A stretch of DNA of 20,000 nt from Halocafeteria seosinensis (lineage: Eukaryota). Where the stretch lies: assembly GCA_001687465.1 (NCBI GenBank), contig LVLI01000007.1, positions 110,304 through 130,303 of the forward strand. Reading direction: 5' to 3'. The notes beneath the pieces are model-generated. The model worked only from the letters and a program-made list of their open reading frames with translations, had not been told where the DNA came from and searched no databases. Position numbers and translations under genes: made by a program. Shown here piece by piece: positions 10,640 to 20,000 of this stretch (the first letter of the stretch is position 1; each line of letters starts with the position of its first letter).

Positions 10640-12333
10640 TTAATTTGACGCAACCGGTGTTCCCGCCAATGGTGGTACTGTTTCTTCGATGCGTCCATAG
10701 TTCCGCAAGTCGGACGTAGTACTCACAAAGTATAATAGACAGGAAATTTTTGAAAAGAAGTCGGAGTCCGAAAAGCGCAATGATGCCCTCTTCGTGACCT
10801 CCTCTTTTTGTTCACGCTTGCGACTCCTTGCTTTCTTGTTTGCTGTGTCCGGAACGGTGGAGTTTTCGGTGGTTGAATTTTTTATCTTCTCTCTATCAGA
10901 CGCTGAAGGAATATGCATACTCTTTCTGTCTCTTCGCTTATGGGAGGAAGCGCATAAAGACTGGCGACCGCTAGTAAAGACCTTAGGATTGGATTGCAGA
11001 CGAGGTGGTTTGTTTGGCCTCTTGGACTGCATACGGCGCTTTCGCGTCTTTCCCGGACTGCGAAATTGTCGATTATCTGCTTCAGCTGGAGGATCCAGCT
11101 GTTCTTCGTTAGAATAGTCTACACTCCCGTATCTTGGTGGTGTAGGGGGTGGGTCTGTTGGGGTCGGGTCATCATAGTCGCTGTCATCAACAGCTGGAGA
11201 AGGAAGGAGATGACCTGTATTCACGCCGACGTTGCAACAATTCAAACAATTCGAAGTGTGTTTCGCCAGGCATTCGCACTTACTCCGAAGTGGTATCTTT
11301 AGCGGTTCGTCATCCTCTAAAATTACTTGATGAAGACTCCCGGCAAACCTGTATCGCACCACTAGGTACTTGTGTCGATTTGGAGCAACATCGTAGAATC
11401 CTGGTTGCCTGGATTTCGTCTTCCCAGGTATGTGAAGAGATATCCTCGCTCTCGTAGCCGGTTTGTTGCCACCCGATTTAGCCTCTGCCCTAACAGCAAC
11501 GTAGTCCACGGATACGCGCACTTGAAGAGGAGCCGTAACATCGATCAATGTATGCTGGAATTTCTGCAGGATCTCACTTAGTGGCGTGCATGGGTGGAGT
11601 TCGTTGAGGTCCAAGTATCCGTACACAGCTCGGGTAATGATCAAGCCATCGTTACTTTCTAAATCTCGTAACTGCTGGCTGGCAAGCGCTGCCTGGTAGC
11701 TTCCTTTGAGCTGTCGAATGAACATTTTCGCATCTTGTCGACTTGCTTCATAATAATAGCTTGCCTGTAGTGATAGATAGCAAATCCGATATGGCTACGA
11801 CAACAGACTGATTGTCCAGAAAAGTTTTGCTCTTACGAGAATGGGATTATCTTCATCTTTCGCCAAATGGTACTGAATAGCACGTGTCTCGTTACTTAAT
11901 AGTTCATAAGCAGTGGTCACCTCCTTGCAAATTGCTTCGCTTCTTCCCAGTTCCCAACTTCGTCTGTACCAGAGTATGCATCAAATAGGTAAGCAAGAAG
12001 CGATCGTGTTTGACAAACTAGCTCCAACGCTTACAAGTTCCCCTTTCGAAGTACTACATCGGGATGGTATTGCCTCATCAATTCCAGGTATGCATTCTCT
12101 ATTTGCTGTTTCCAGCGTCTGCGAGCGTTACCATCGTCCAGTATTTTATCCAAGGAGGTAGGCAAGTCTGGAGGAAGGCCCAAGACGGCATAAGGATTAT
12201 AAATTTCGCTGACTTCGTCATCATCTGGGAACCGAATCTTCTCTGTAATAAATTTGGGAGTGCGCTTGAATGGCACGATCGCCAAGGAGTGACTTTTTGG
12301 CGCGCCGGCGCTGGCGGGCGCCATCGTAGCCAT
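10640..12333 (-). CDS. J-domain (DnaJ) protein with DNAJC11-type C-terminal domain (DUF3395-like) and a low-complexity tail, about 493 aa, 4 exons
   Basis: Exons 12333-12035, 11963-11837, 11764-11284, 11214-10640. J domain: NPYAVLGL...IENAYLELMRQYHPD...EVTTAYELLSNE. DUF3395-like: GLIITRAVYG, IDVTAPLQ, KSRQPGFYD, LVVRYRFAGSLHQVILEDDEPLKIP. The exon structure of the 3' tail is less certain. Confidence 0.82.
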
Positions 12334-13553
12334 CTCAGATGCAGGCTCCACGTCTGTTCAGTTTTATTGGAAGATGAAAATTTAGGAATGTTTTATACAT
12401 AGAAACAATGAAAATGTGATTTGATAGTATTTACCCTCTATGTGAGGACAGCAAACGACCCCTGGAATTGGGGACGCGCGCCAAATTCAAATCGGCACTT
12501 CACACTGAAGTTCACAGCGTCGCGAGGCACGAGTCGTACAAGTACATTTTGTACAACGTCTAAGAGACTCCGTCATTCCTTCACTGGTAATGTAGATTTC
12601 CGAATTGCCTTCACATAGTTGTCACTGAGCATGAGTAAACGTTTTGCAAGATGGGTTGCATCATCAAACTGCGTCCGCAGTCGTGTTGAAGCAACTTGAG
12701 GGTCGTGTGGCACCGTGACCCTCATTGTTTCTCATTACACGACACAACAATTATATCAGTTCAACATGATTCAGTTGTACCCATGTGTGTCATGCGAACA
12801 TGCGCGTACAAGGCTAGGTCACTATGGGGCGTGGGTTATCGTCGATAACTTATCAATGGTGAGCTGTGAACTTGGACCAAACCCGTTCAACTAGTTGGTA
12901 CTTAGTAAACAACTTGCTCGATAAACTAGATCTGTAGTAATGTTGTGCTTCTCTGCCTGTATTCTCTGCTCCTATCTTTCTTTCTCACAAAGAAAACGTA
13001 TGTCCGGGAAGATAAACGTTTTTGCAGTGAATACACTGAAGGAGAAACACCAAATGCGATTGCTACTATCCCTTAAGCATAGAGCGCCGAAGTCCAGAAG
13101 CAGGCGAGGCAGTCGAAGAGATGGCTGCATTTTCTTTCTCCTCCCTTGGCGATATTCTTGCTAAGACCACACTAGCGAAAAAAAATAAAACCCAACTTAG
13201 AATATTGTACAACGTACCGGTATTAGCTCCTGTGTTAAGTGGAAAGCAACAAACCCGATCTGTAGCAGCATTGTGAGGCTCGACGATACTTCAACTCTCC
13301 AACACTCTCATTAAGAGCAACTATCTATCACGAGCAATGGACCACAAACAGTGCTCACAGCCAAGTGTGGCCGAACTCAAGACAAGACTTCCCCCAAGCG
13401 TGTGTATATTGTGTTGCATTCCCCGAAGAAACCGAGCTACCGAGTCTTGCCGGGACCCCAAATGCTTATTGACACCTACCTATCTATGGCTACTCCAGTA
13501 TACGATAGGTCCGTGCATTGCCACTCGAAGTAAAATACTGGTGCAGTCGCATA

Positions 13554-14736
13554 TCAGGAAACATTACAACCGCATTGTTCCGTTTCTTGACCACTCACTG
13601 CTCCCCCCTCTCCTGAGTTCCTACCGTGTCCCTCTCCCCGAGGGCTTTTCCCCGCACCACTCTCAATGGCGGGATGATCACTGTCATCAGAAGACGCGGT
13701 AGATATAAACCTATAAAGTGCATCGAAATATTCATTCAATCGCTCAGACGTGCTTGTGAGATCGTTGTGGCCAGCGCTGGAGAAAACAACTTTGCTTTTC
13801 CTCTCTTTTGCCGTCCCAGCTTCGTTAAAGAGTCGTAAACCTTGCTGTACAGGAGATATTTCGTCTTTCTCCCCATGAATAACGAGTAGCGGGAGGTGCA
13901 CACGCTGAATCTGTCCACTGTTGTTCCAAGGATCACTTATGGCCCCACTTTCCAGCATTGACGTCAAAGAGGGAATCATCGAGCCTGCATTCATTCACTC
14001 GTTACAACTACACCCATGAAGTTTTTCAACAACTTCGGTTCTGCCCACATACCTAACTGTTTTACCAATGGAAGTTCAAGCAAACTGCATATCGGAGACT
14101 CTAACACTATAGCCCGAATACGGCGGGCAGCCGAAGATTGTGACTCTGATACGGCGTCAGTTTCTCCAGAATGTATCTTTTGACCGAGCCGAGCGAGGTG
14201 GATTGCACAGACACTGCCAATGCTCCTTCCAAACAAAATAATGGGAACTTCCCCTATTCCAGCTGTGAATGAAGGCGGACTCTGTTACTACACACACACC
14301 CCGTTGCCACTCCATGTAGGTACATACCTTGCTCAAGTTTAGCATCTAACTGTGACAAGATATGTCTTGCATCGGGCTGTAATGTCATTAATGTTGGTTC
14401 TGAGGTACCCCATCCATACCCTCGGTAATCTACCACCATTAGTGATACTCCCAACTTGTCGTGGAAGTATTTGTGTAACCCGTCATAGTCTGAGCAAACC
14501 TCCGCATTCCCGTGAAAGTAGAGTACTAGAGGCCTCGAATTCGCGCCCCCTGAGCCACTTCCGTATGGGTATGGATATATTCTGTAGCCTAACATAACTG
14601 AGGACCCCGTGTTGGCATCTCCTTCCGGTAATTTGAATTCCCCATCGACAGCGTGTGCCACCGTTGTCTCGTTCTTCTTGGCTCGGCGGGGGTGGAAAGC
14701 CATAGAGCTCACTATGGGCGATGAAAAAATGTCCAT
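13554..14736 (-). CDS. Alpha/beta hydrolase (ABHD13/ABHD17/BEM46-like serine hydrolase) with C-terminal CaaX, about 349 aa, 3 exons
   Basis: Exons 14736-14328, 14262-14053, 13984-13554. Motifs YFHGNAE, VDYRGYG, nucleophile elbow FGRSIGS, IHGEKDEI (Asp), AGHNDL (His). Ends EQCGCNVS*. Confidence 0.9.
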
Positions 14737-15740
14737 CGTTGTGTATGTGCCTCTCTGTATGTTCCTCGTCTTATCAACTCCACTTCCTCCGCCGCGTAAC
14801 CTCAACAATTAGCCTGTTTACACTATCTAGATACCCATTAACAGAATTTTGACACAGGTATCTCTATCCATACATCGAGAACCTGACTAAGTTTAAACAT
14901 TGACATTTTGGGCGTCATACACCTCTGTTACGTGAGCAGCTGGACCTTGAACTTCCTCTTTGAACCAGACAATCTTTTCGTCGTCTTGGAAAGCGAAGTT
15001 CGGCCGAAAGTTTGCTTGTGTTGTACAGCGCCTACAAGTGTTATCTCAGAATGATTCGATCTCAGTATAGTGTATGAAACTGAATAGTGTATTTTCTGTT
15101 TAGATTACCTTCTATTTCGACCAAGGGACTTAATTAGAGGTCCAATTGGTTGACTCGTCGCTACCGAAAGCGCAACTTTTTCGCAACGTAAGGTAAGTTA
15201 TTGGCTATACACACACTTCCTACGGTCAATCTCGGCCCCATTCTAGCCCCTACGCATTGGTACTCATAAGACTAGGGTGGAAGAGAGACGATGGAACGAG
15301 GGAATAATTTGAGAAAAGCCGGAAACTTTTTCGGAATGTTCGGGACCTTTCAGCACGCAGTCTTTGCTCTTTCCGTGGCATTGCCCTTCCAGGGGGTCAC
15401 CAGCCTGTTTCGCCATCTTCATTCCTGTGTTTCGCTGGAAGAACTGGCTGCTGCTGGAAGGAGCACTGCACTTCTTGCCTCTGAAATGTTTTGAGTCAGA
15501 CTCTCCCGAGAGGTACGGCAGGAGGTATGTTTTACATTTTTGTCTCTATTGTGTGTTGCAGGTATCTGTTCATTATTTCTAGTACAAGAGCACATACCTT
15601 GGTTGCATTTTCTCGGCTTAGAAGTAGAGCGAAAGAATATCTTTGGGGGGAAGATCAGGTGCTGCTCTCCCCAGGAAAAACCAACAACTTCTGGCGCTGT
15701 ACTCTCGACAGGAATATGGTGAGGAGCTTGCCGAGACAAG

Positions 15741-16907
15741 ATGAGTGCATATCAATCTCATCCTGGCACAGAACGACGCTCTGTCCGGACCGATGACGAG
15801 CTCATGTCAAAGAATCCGTCCGAGGTGTATGAAGATTCCGACAAGGAACGCAAGCGGCCATCATATGAGCATGATGAAGCATCCGCAGAATCTAGTCTCT
15901 GTCAAAGATTGGCGGGGACATCCATTGATTTGGAGCATGCTACTAAATTAATAGATAAGGGCAACATGAGTCCTCAGCAGCTGGATGCGACTATAAAGCG
16001 ACTGGAGAAGAAGAAATCATCAAAACAAATGGATGTGAGGAATGGAATGTGGAAAGCGGTTCTATGTCGATTTGCGAGTAGAAAAAAGTGCTTATCAACT
16101 GCACGAGAATGCTTCTATGCGCATGGCAAGGCGGATATGCGGTCTGTGCATTTATCCCGGCTGAAAGATGCTGGAATCGATACTAAGACCGGTCGTCCAA
16201 CGGGTTCAACCGTAGTGGACGTAATGAATATTATTTCTGATTCTCGCGATAACCCAGGACCTCCAGATGGAGACCATGACGAAACGCGTGGTCGATCACG
16301 GTCCATTAAAGAAGGTCACAACACATACCAGGTGGGGTCGGACGCTGGTCTTCGGATTCTCTTGGCTCTGCCTGGCGTCAACCGGGACTATTTAAAATCA
16401 AGGCTTACTAGGAGGAATAGGTGGAGTCGAGGGTATCGCCAGAAGGGAAAGCGAAAGCAGAACAATTCGACAAATATACGGAGTTTTGGTGTTAAAACGG
16501 AGAAGGCGAAGGATGTGGAACCCGAAGGTCGCGAGAGGAGCAATAGCTGGTACAGTTCAACGGATAAAAATGCGGAGTATTATTCCTACTCAGCTTTTGC
16601 AGCATCGTGGCCTGACGCTACCGTGTTTGACCAAGAGGCACTGAGCTTGTCTCCAGCTCACGACGATGCCCATACATTTCCGTCTTTAGCAAGTGCTTCC
16701 TTGATGGACCGCGAAGCTGCATTCGCCATGAGTATTGCGTCTCATGTCCTAGATGAAACACCGAAGGGGCCCCCATTTGGAGAACCTGGGACTGAAGATG
16801 CCTGGTATCCCAGTCTGAACGATGTGTCTGACCTCTTTTCAGATTCCCTTCAAAGAGAGCTGTATCATCAAGGGCCAGTCCTCCACGGCCGCGGCAGCAG
16901 TTTCTAA
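15741..16907 (+). CDS. Largely low-complexity protein with one CCCH-type zinc finger, 388 aa
   Basis: Uninterrupted ORF. WKAVLCRFASRKKCLSTARECFYAHGKADMR (about 16050-16142) gives C-x7-C-x6-C-x3-H with the typical K-x-x-L-C lead-in and AHG...R tail. Additional 5' exons cannot be excluded. Confidence 0.75.
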   Translation: MSAYQSHPGTERRSVRTDDELMSKNPSEVYEDSDKERKRPSYEHDEASAESSLCQRLAGTSIDLEHATKLIDKGNMSPQQLDATIKRLEKKKSSKQMDVRNGMWKAVLCRFASRKKCLSTARECFYAHGKADMRSVHLSRLKDAGIDTKTGRPTGSTVVDVMNIISDSRDNPGPPDGDHDETRGRSRSIKEGHNTYQVGSDAGLRILLALPGVNRDYLKSRLTRRNRWSRGYRQKGKRKQNNSTNIRSFGVKTEKAKDVEPEGRERSNSWYSSTDKNAEYYSYSAFAASWPDATVFDQEALSLSPAHDDAHTFPSLASASLMDREAAFAMSIASHVLDETPKGPPFGEPGTEDAWYPSLNDVSDLFSDSLQRELYHQGPVLHGRGSSF

Positions 16908-16967
16908 CTCTACAAAAACACCGCATTATTGCGAGCGCAGGTGAAATAATGAAGAAAAATCGGCCGT

Positions 16968-17798
16968 CTACTTGCCACTCTCTGCTACAGATGGAGGTAT
17001 AGATGGATCATGAGGGTAATCAATCACGATGGGGGGATTGGTAGCTTGATACTCTACGGTGCAGGTGCTGGCATTAACGAAGAGCGTGGTACCATCCGAG
17101 TAAGTACCTGCACACTACATAGCAGTCGGTATAAGGAACGTATTGGAATAAACTTTGCAACACTTACCATACCCCTCATGAATGTGGCCAAAAATATGCA
17201 GTCGCGGTCTGACGCGTTCCTGAACAGCCCTGAGCAGTTCTTCACATCCACAAGGCTGGCCCTCATCATTCATGTCCAGAATCCCATGTGGAGGTCCATG
17301 AGTTATCAAGATATCCGTATCATCTGGAATAAGATCCCATTTCGTCCTGATCTCTTCGCCTCGTTGAACATTGAATGCCCAGTCACAGAACCGTGGCTGC
17401 CATGGAGAGCCCCATACCTTCTGGTTGGTGCCTTGAAGCGTACAAGCGCTATCCTCGAGATAAGTGAAATCCCCTCCACAAATCGTCTCCCTGCACTTTC
17501 TGGAATAAGCTTCTTTCTCTTCGTCACTGGAGCGAGCAAAACTTCGTTCGTGAAACATTTCAGCTCCTGTCTGCACGTAGTAGGGTGTATCCATTGAAGT
17601 GTCATGGTTACCGGCGATCACAATTTTTTGCGCATGTTGCTGTTGATCCATAAATTGCCGAAAACGCTGAATGTCCTCGTACACCCCGGTACTGGAAAAA
17701 TCTCCACCATGAATCAAAGCATCCCCCCTTGGAAGTTCCTGGGGCATGCGATTGTGCATGGCATGCGTATCCGAGATACAGACGATTCTGGTCGTCAT
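16968..17798 (-). CDS. Calcineurin-like metallophosphoesterase, MPPED1/2 (239FB)-like, about 256 aa, 2 exons
   Basis: Exons 17798-17168 and 17107-16968; intron 17167-17108. Motifs CISDTH, IHGGDFS, IAGNHD, WGSPWQP, LITHGPP, HIFGHIHEGYG, FVNASTC, NPPIVID. Confidence 0.94.
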
Positions 17799-18059
17799 CG
17801 TCCTGGTTAAATGCAAGGTTCGACGGCAATCAACTCTTGATGTGAGATTCCTTCTGAATCATTCAGACAACGACACCTGAAACTGTAGCTCACACTGAAG
17901 AAAGTTTGTATTTATCGGAGTTCACCCAAGTTCACACGACAATTGTTGCTGTGAAGGACACTTGCAGAGAATTTGCTGTTCACCAGACGGAACTAAAACG
18001 ATGGTTTATCTTTTCGCGGGGATCACGTGCCCATACCACTTTCCAGCGTTTGCAAGGAA

Positions 18060-19883
18060 TCAACTAATTTCGAACAAGTCAACGTCCACATCTTTCTCCT
18101 GTGAGGAGTCTACCAAACTGCTACTCCGCACAAGTTGACATGCCCTGCAAAATTCAGATATCCTCTTGATAAAACAAACTTACAGGTATATTTCCCAAGA
18201 TTGTACAATTACCTCTGGTATCTCTTGCTCTTTGCTGAAGTCTTGGAATCCAACATGCACCACTTCAGTTTGGACGGTAGCAGCCGCACTTTTTCGAAGT
18301 TGCGGTCGGTATGCAAATTGGAAGCATCGTCAACAACTGCTTGTACCCAACAATGATCAGTCAATTCACGACAACGGAAATAAACTGACAATGGAGAACT
18401 TACTGAGCATATCCCAGAGCACTTGGTAAATCGAAGATGTACGCTGCGGAATTCCTTCTCCGTGGTTCCAGGAAGACGTTCCTTTGGTTAGTTGACACTC
18501 ATTGGACTCCAAGGAGGCAAAGGTGGTGATGACGACATTGCAGCGGAGAGAACGCTGCATCGTTGACGTTATATGTCGTGGATCGGTACTCCTTTTCAGA
18601 AACGATATTGACGCACCGACGTTACCACGCTTGCAATACGGAGCCCATGGTCTTTTCGTGTCCCCGCAGTGTTTGTAGATGCTAACAGTAGGATCTTTCG
18701 AAAGGTACTCGTACCATACTCTCATCTTTTTAGGTGTTGTAACGAGAAGTAACGGGCTTGCAAGTCTCCCAAGGATCTCAAAGAGTCCAGGCTCATGATT
18801 CACAGAACTTGATGGCCAGTTGTTGATAATTTGCCGGGCATTTATTTGCCACCCAATTAAATCGCTCACGAAGGTAATCGGAACGACGTCGGCGGTCCTT
18901 TTGACTAACCCTCCAGGGCACGCGTGATTCTGAACTCCTGCACTATTAGAGACACTCACTGATGGTACTTGATCAAAGTGATTACGATTCCAGGTTTCTT
19001 CACGGAATCGCTCATAGAGGAATTCAAAGAGATTTCTGACGGAGTCTTCCTCGAAATCACACCCTCTCCTTCTGTGAAAGGATAGTAGGGAGTACTCAAC
19101 ATGTCGAGGTTCGAAGCACATTCCTTCAGTATGACCATGCTCCTTTGCCACGAAGGACACTGTACTCAGTGGAAAATAATCATATCTTTGTATAAAGAAA
19201 CTAGTACCTCGTCCTGTTGAATTCGGCCACTCGTGCACTTCCTTGTCATACTGCGCGTCGCGGTCTTCCTCGCAGTCTACATTCTCTTTAGCAGAGCTAA
19301 CAGAGCTTACATCTGTATCCTGTGCTTCTATAGGACTGGGAACAGATGAAACGGGTGACGTTGCAAGTTGCGAAGAGTGGTGCTGCCGATTCTCGACGTT
19401 TTCATGTCGCACACCGTCGTTGTTTTCGACTCTCTCATCACTCGAGCAGGAGTATAGAACTCCAGCTTCTTCGAAAGAAACATTCTCCGGCAAGTGCTCA
19501 TTTGATTTTCCGTCACATTCCGGTATGTGATTGCCAATGTCATCAGTTGTTCTAATCCCCTCTTCTTGATTGTCTTCATTGAGATTAGGGCTTCCAGCGT
19601 CGGCAGTGACCCTTAGTGCATGGAGTTCGCTCCGAGGTGTCCGTTCGACAAACGAATCATAACGTTCTTTATCAGCATTACATGCACTTCTTTCAGTCTT
19701 CTTCGTGTGAACAGATCCTCCATACAAGGATTTAAGACTCAATGACAATTCAAACGCGCGCGCGACCTCGTCCCAATACAGCTTCTCATCCAGCGGTGGT
19801 GAATATCTTGGTCGAAGCTCCGTTAGAGTTCTTTCCAGCTTACGCATGGATGTACTACGTGCGTTATATGGGCTAGATTGCAT
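18060..19883 (-). CDS. Hypothetical protein, about 562 aa, with an acidic disordered N-half and a degenerate SNF2-like ATPase N-lobe, 3 exons
   Basis: Exons 19883-18404, 18336-18213, 18144-18060; introns 18403-18337 and 18212-18145. SNF2-like remnants: PLLLVTTPKKMRVW, SIYKHCG, NVVITTFASL, SSIYQVLWDMLIVDDASNL, LPSKLKWCM. The long ORF is secure; the family assignment is by eye. Confidence 0.68.
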
Positions 19884-20000
19884 TGTAAGGACCTCACGTA
19901 TGTGCCAAAAAAAAAAGGATGTTCTCGAGTATCAGTGATATGACAATACTGTGAAGCTCACGGTGGAAGTTGGCGGCCGTTTATGACATAGTATTAACCC

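Noticed and set aside
13337..13702. 121-aa plus-strand ORF
   Set aside because: Overlaps the hydrolase 3' end on the opposite strand; no motifs.
15291..15740. Upstream coding exons or 5' UTR introns for the CCCH gene
   Set aside because: Splice-like signals exist (GT near 15525, CAG ending 15561), but the implied intron is shorter than the local norm and no convincing coding chain emerged.
17010..17597. 195-aa plus-strand ORF
   Set aside because: Antisense shadow of the well-supported metallophosphoesterase; no recognisable motifs.
1..20000. CRISPR array, transposase/reverse transcriptase, rRNA, snRNA or non-standard genetic code
   Set aside because: No repeat-spacer pattern or diagnostic motifs were seen; TAA, TAG and TGA all act as stops at homologous C-termini.

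Overview
Gene-dense eukaryotic genomic DNA from a flagellated/ciliated protist (possibly a stramenopile; lineage is an inference), using the standard genetic code. I reconstructed 13 protein-coding genes by hand, interrupted by 28 short GT-AG introns (58-87 nt, all ending in CAG); every spliced model keeps frame. In order: 3' end of an axonemal dynein heavy chain; two divergent p24/emp24 paralogs; a bacterial-type VOC/glyoxalase-family protein; a UBIAD1/MenA-like prenyltransferase fused to a C-terminal DoxX-type membrane domain; a TTLL9-like tubulin polyglutamylase; a secreted DsbA-like CxxS thioredoxin-fold protein; an ELOVL6-like elongase; a J-domain protein with a DNAJC11-type C-terminal domain but no central region; an alpha/beta hydrolase ending in a CaaX box; a CCCH zinc-finger protein; an MPPED-like metallophosphoesterase; and a protein with a degenerate SNF2-like ATPase lobe. 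The best novelty candidate is the UbiA-DoxX fusion with its head-to-head VOC neighbour and a possibly structured 3' element. No rRNA, canonical tRNA, CRISPR array or mobile element was recognised. Family assignments come from motif recognition only; no searches were run.
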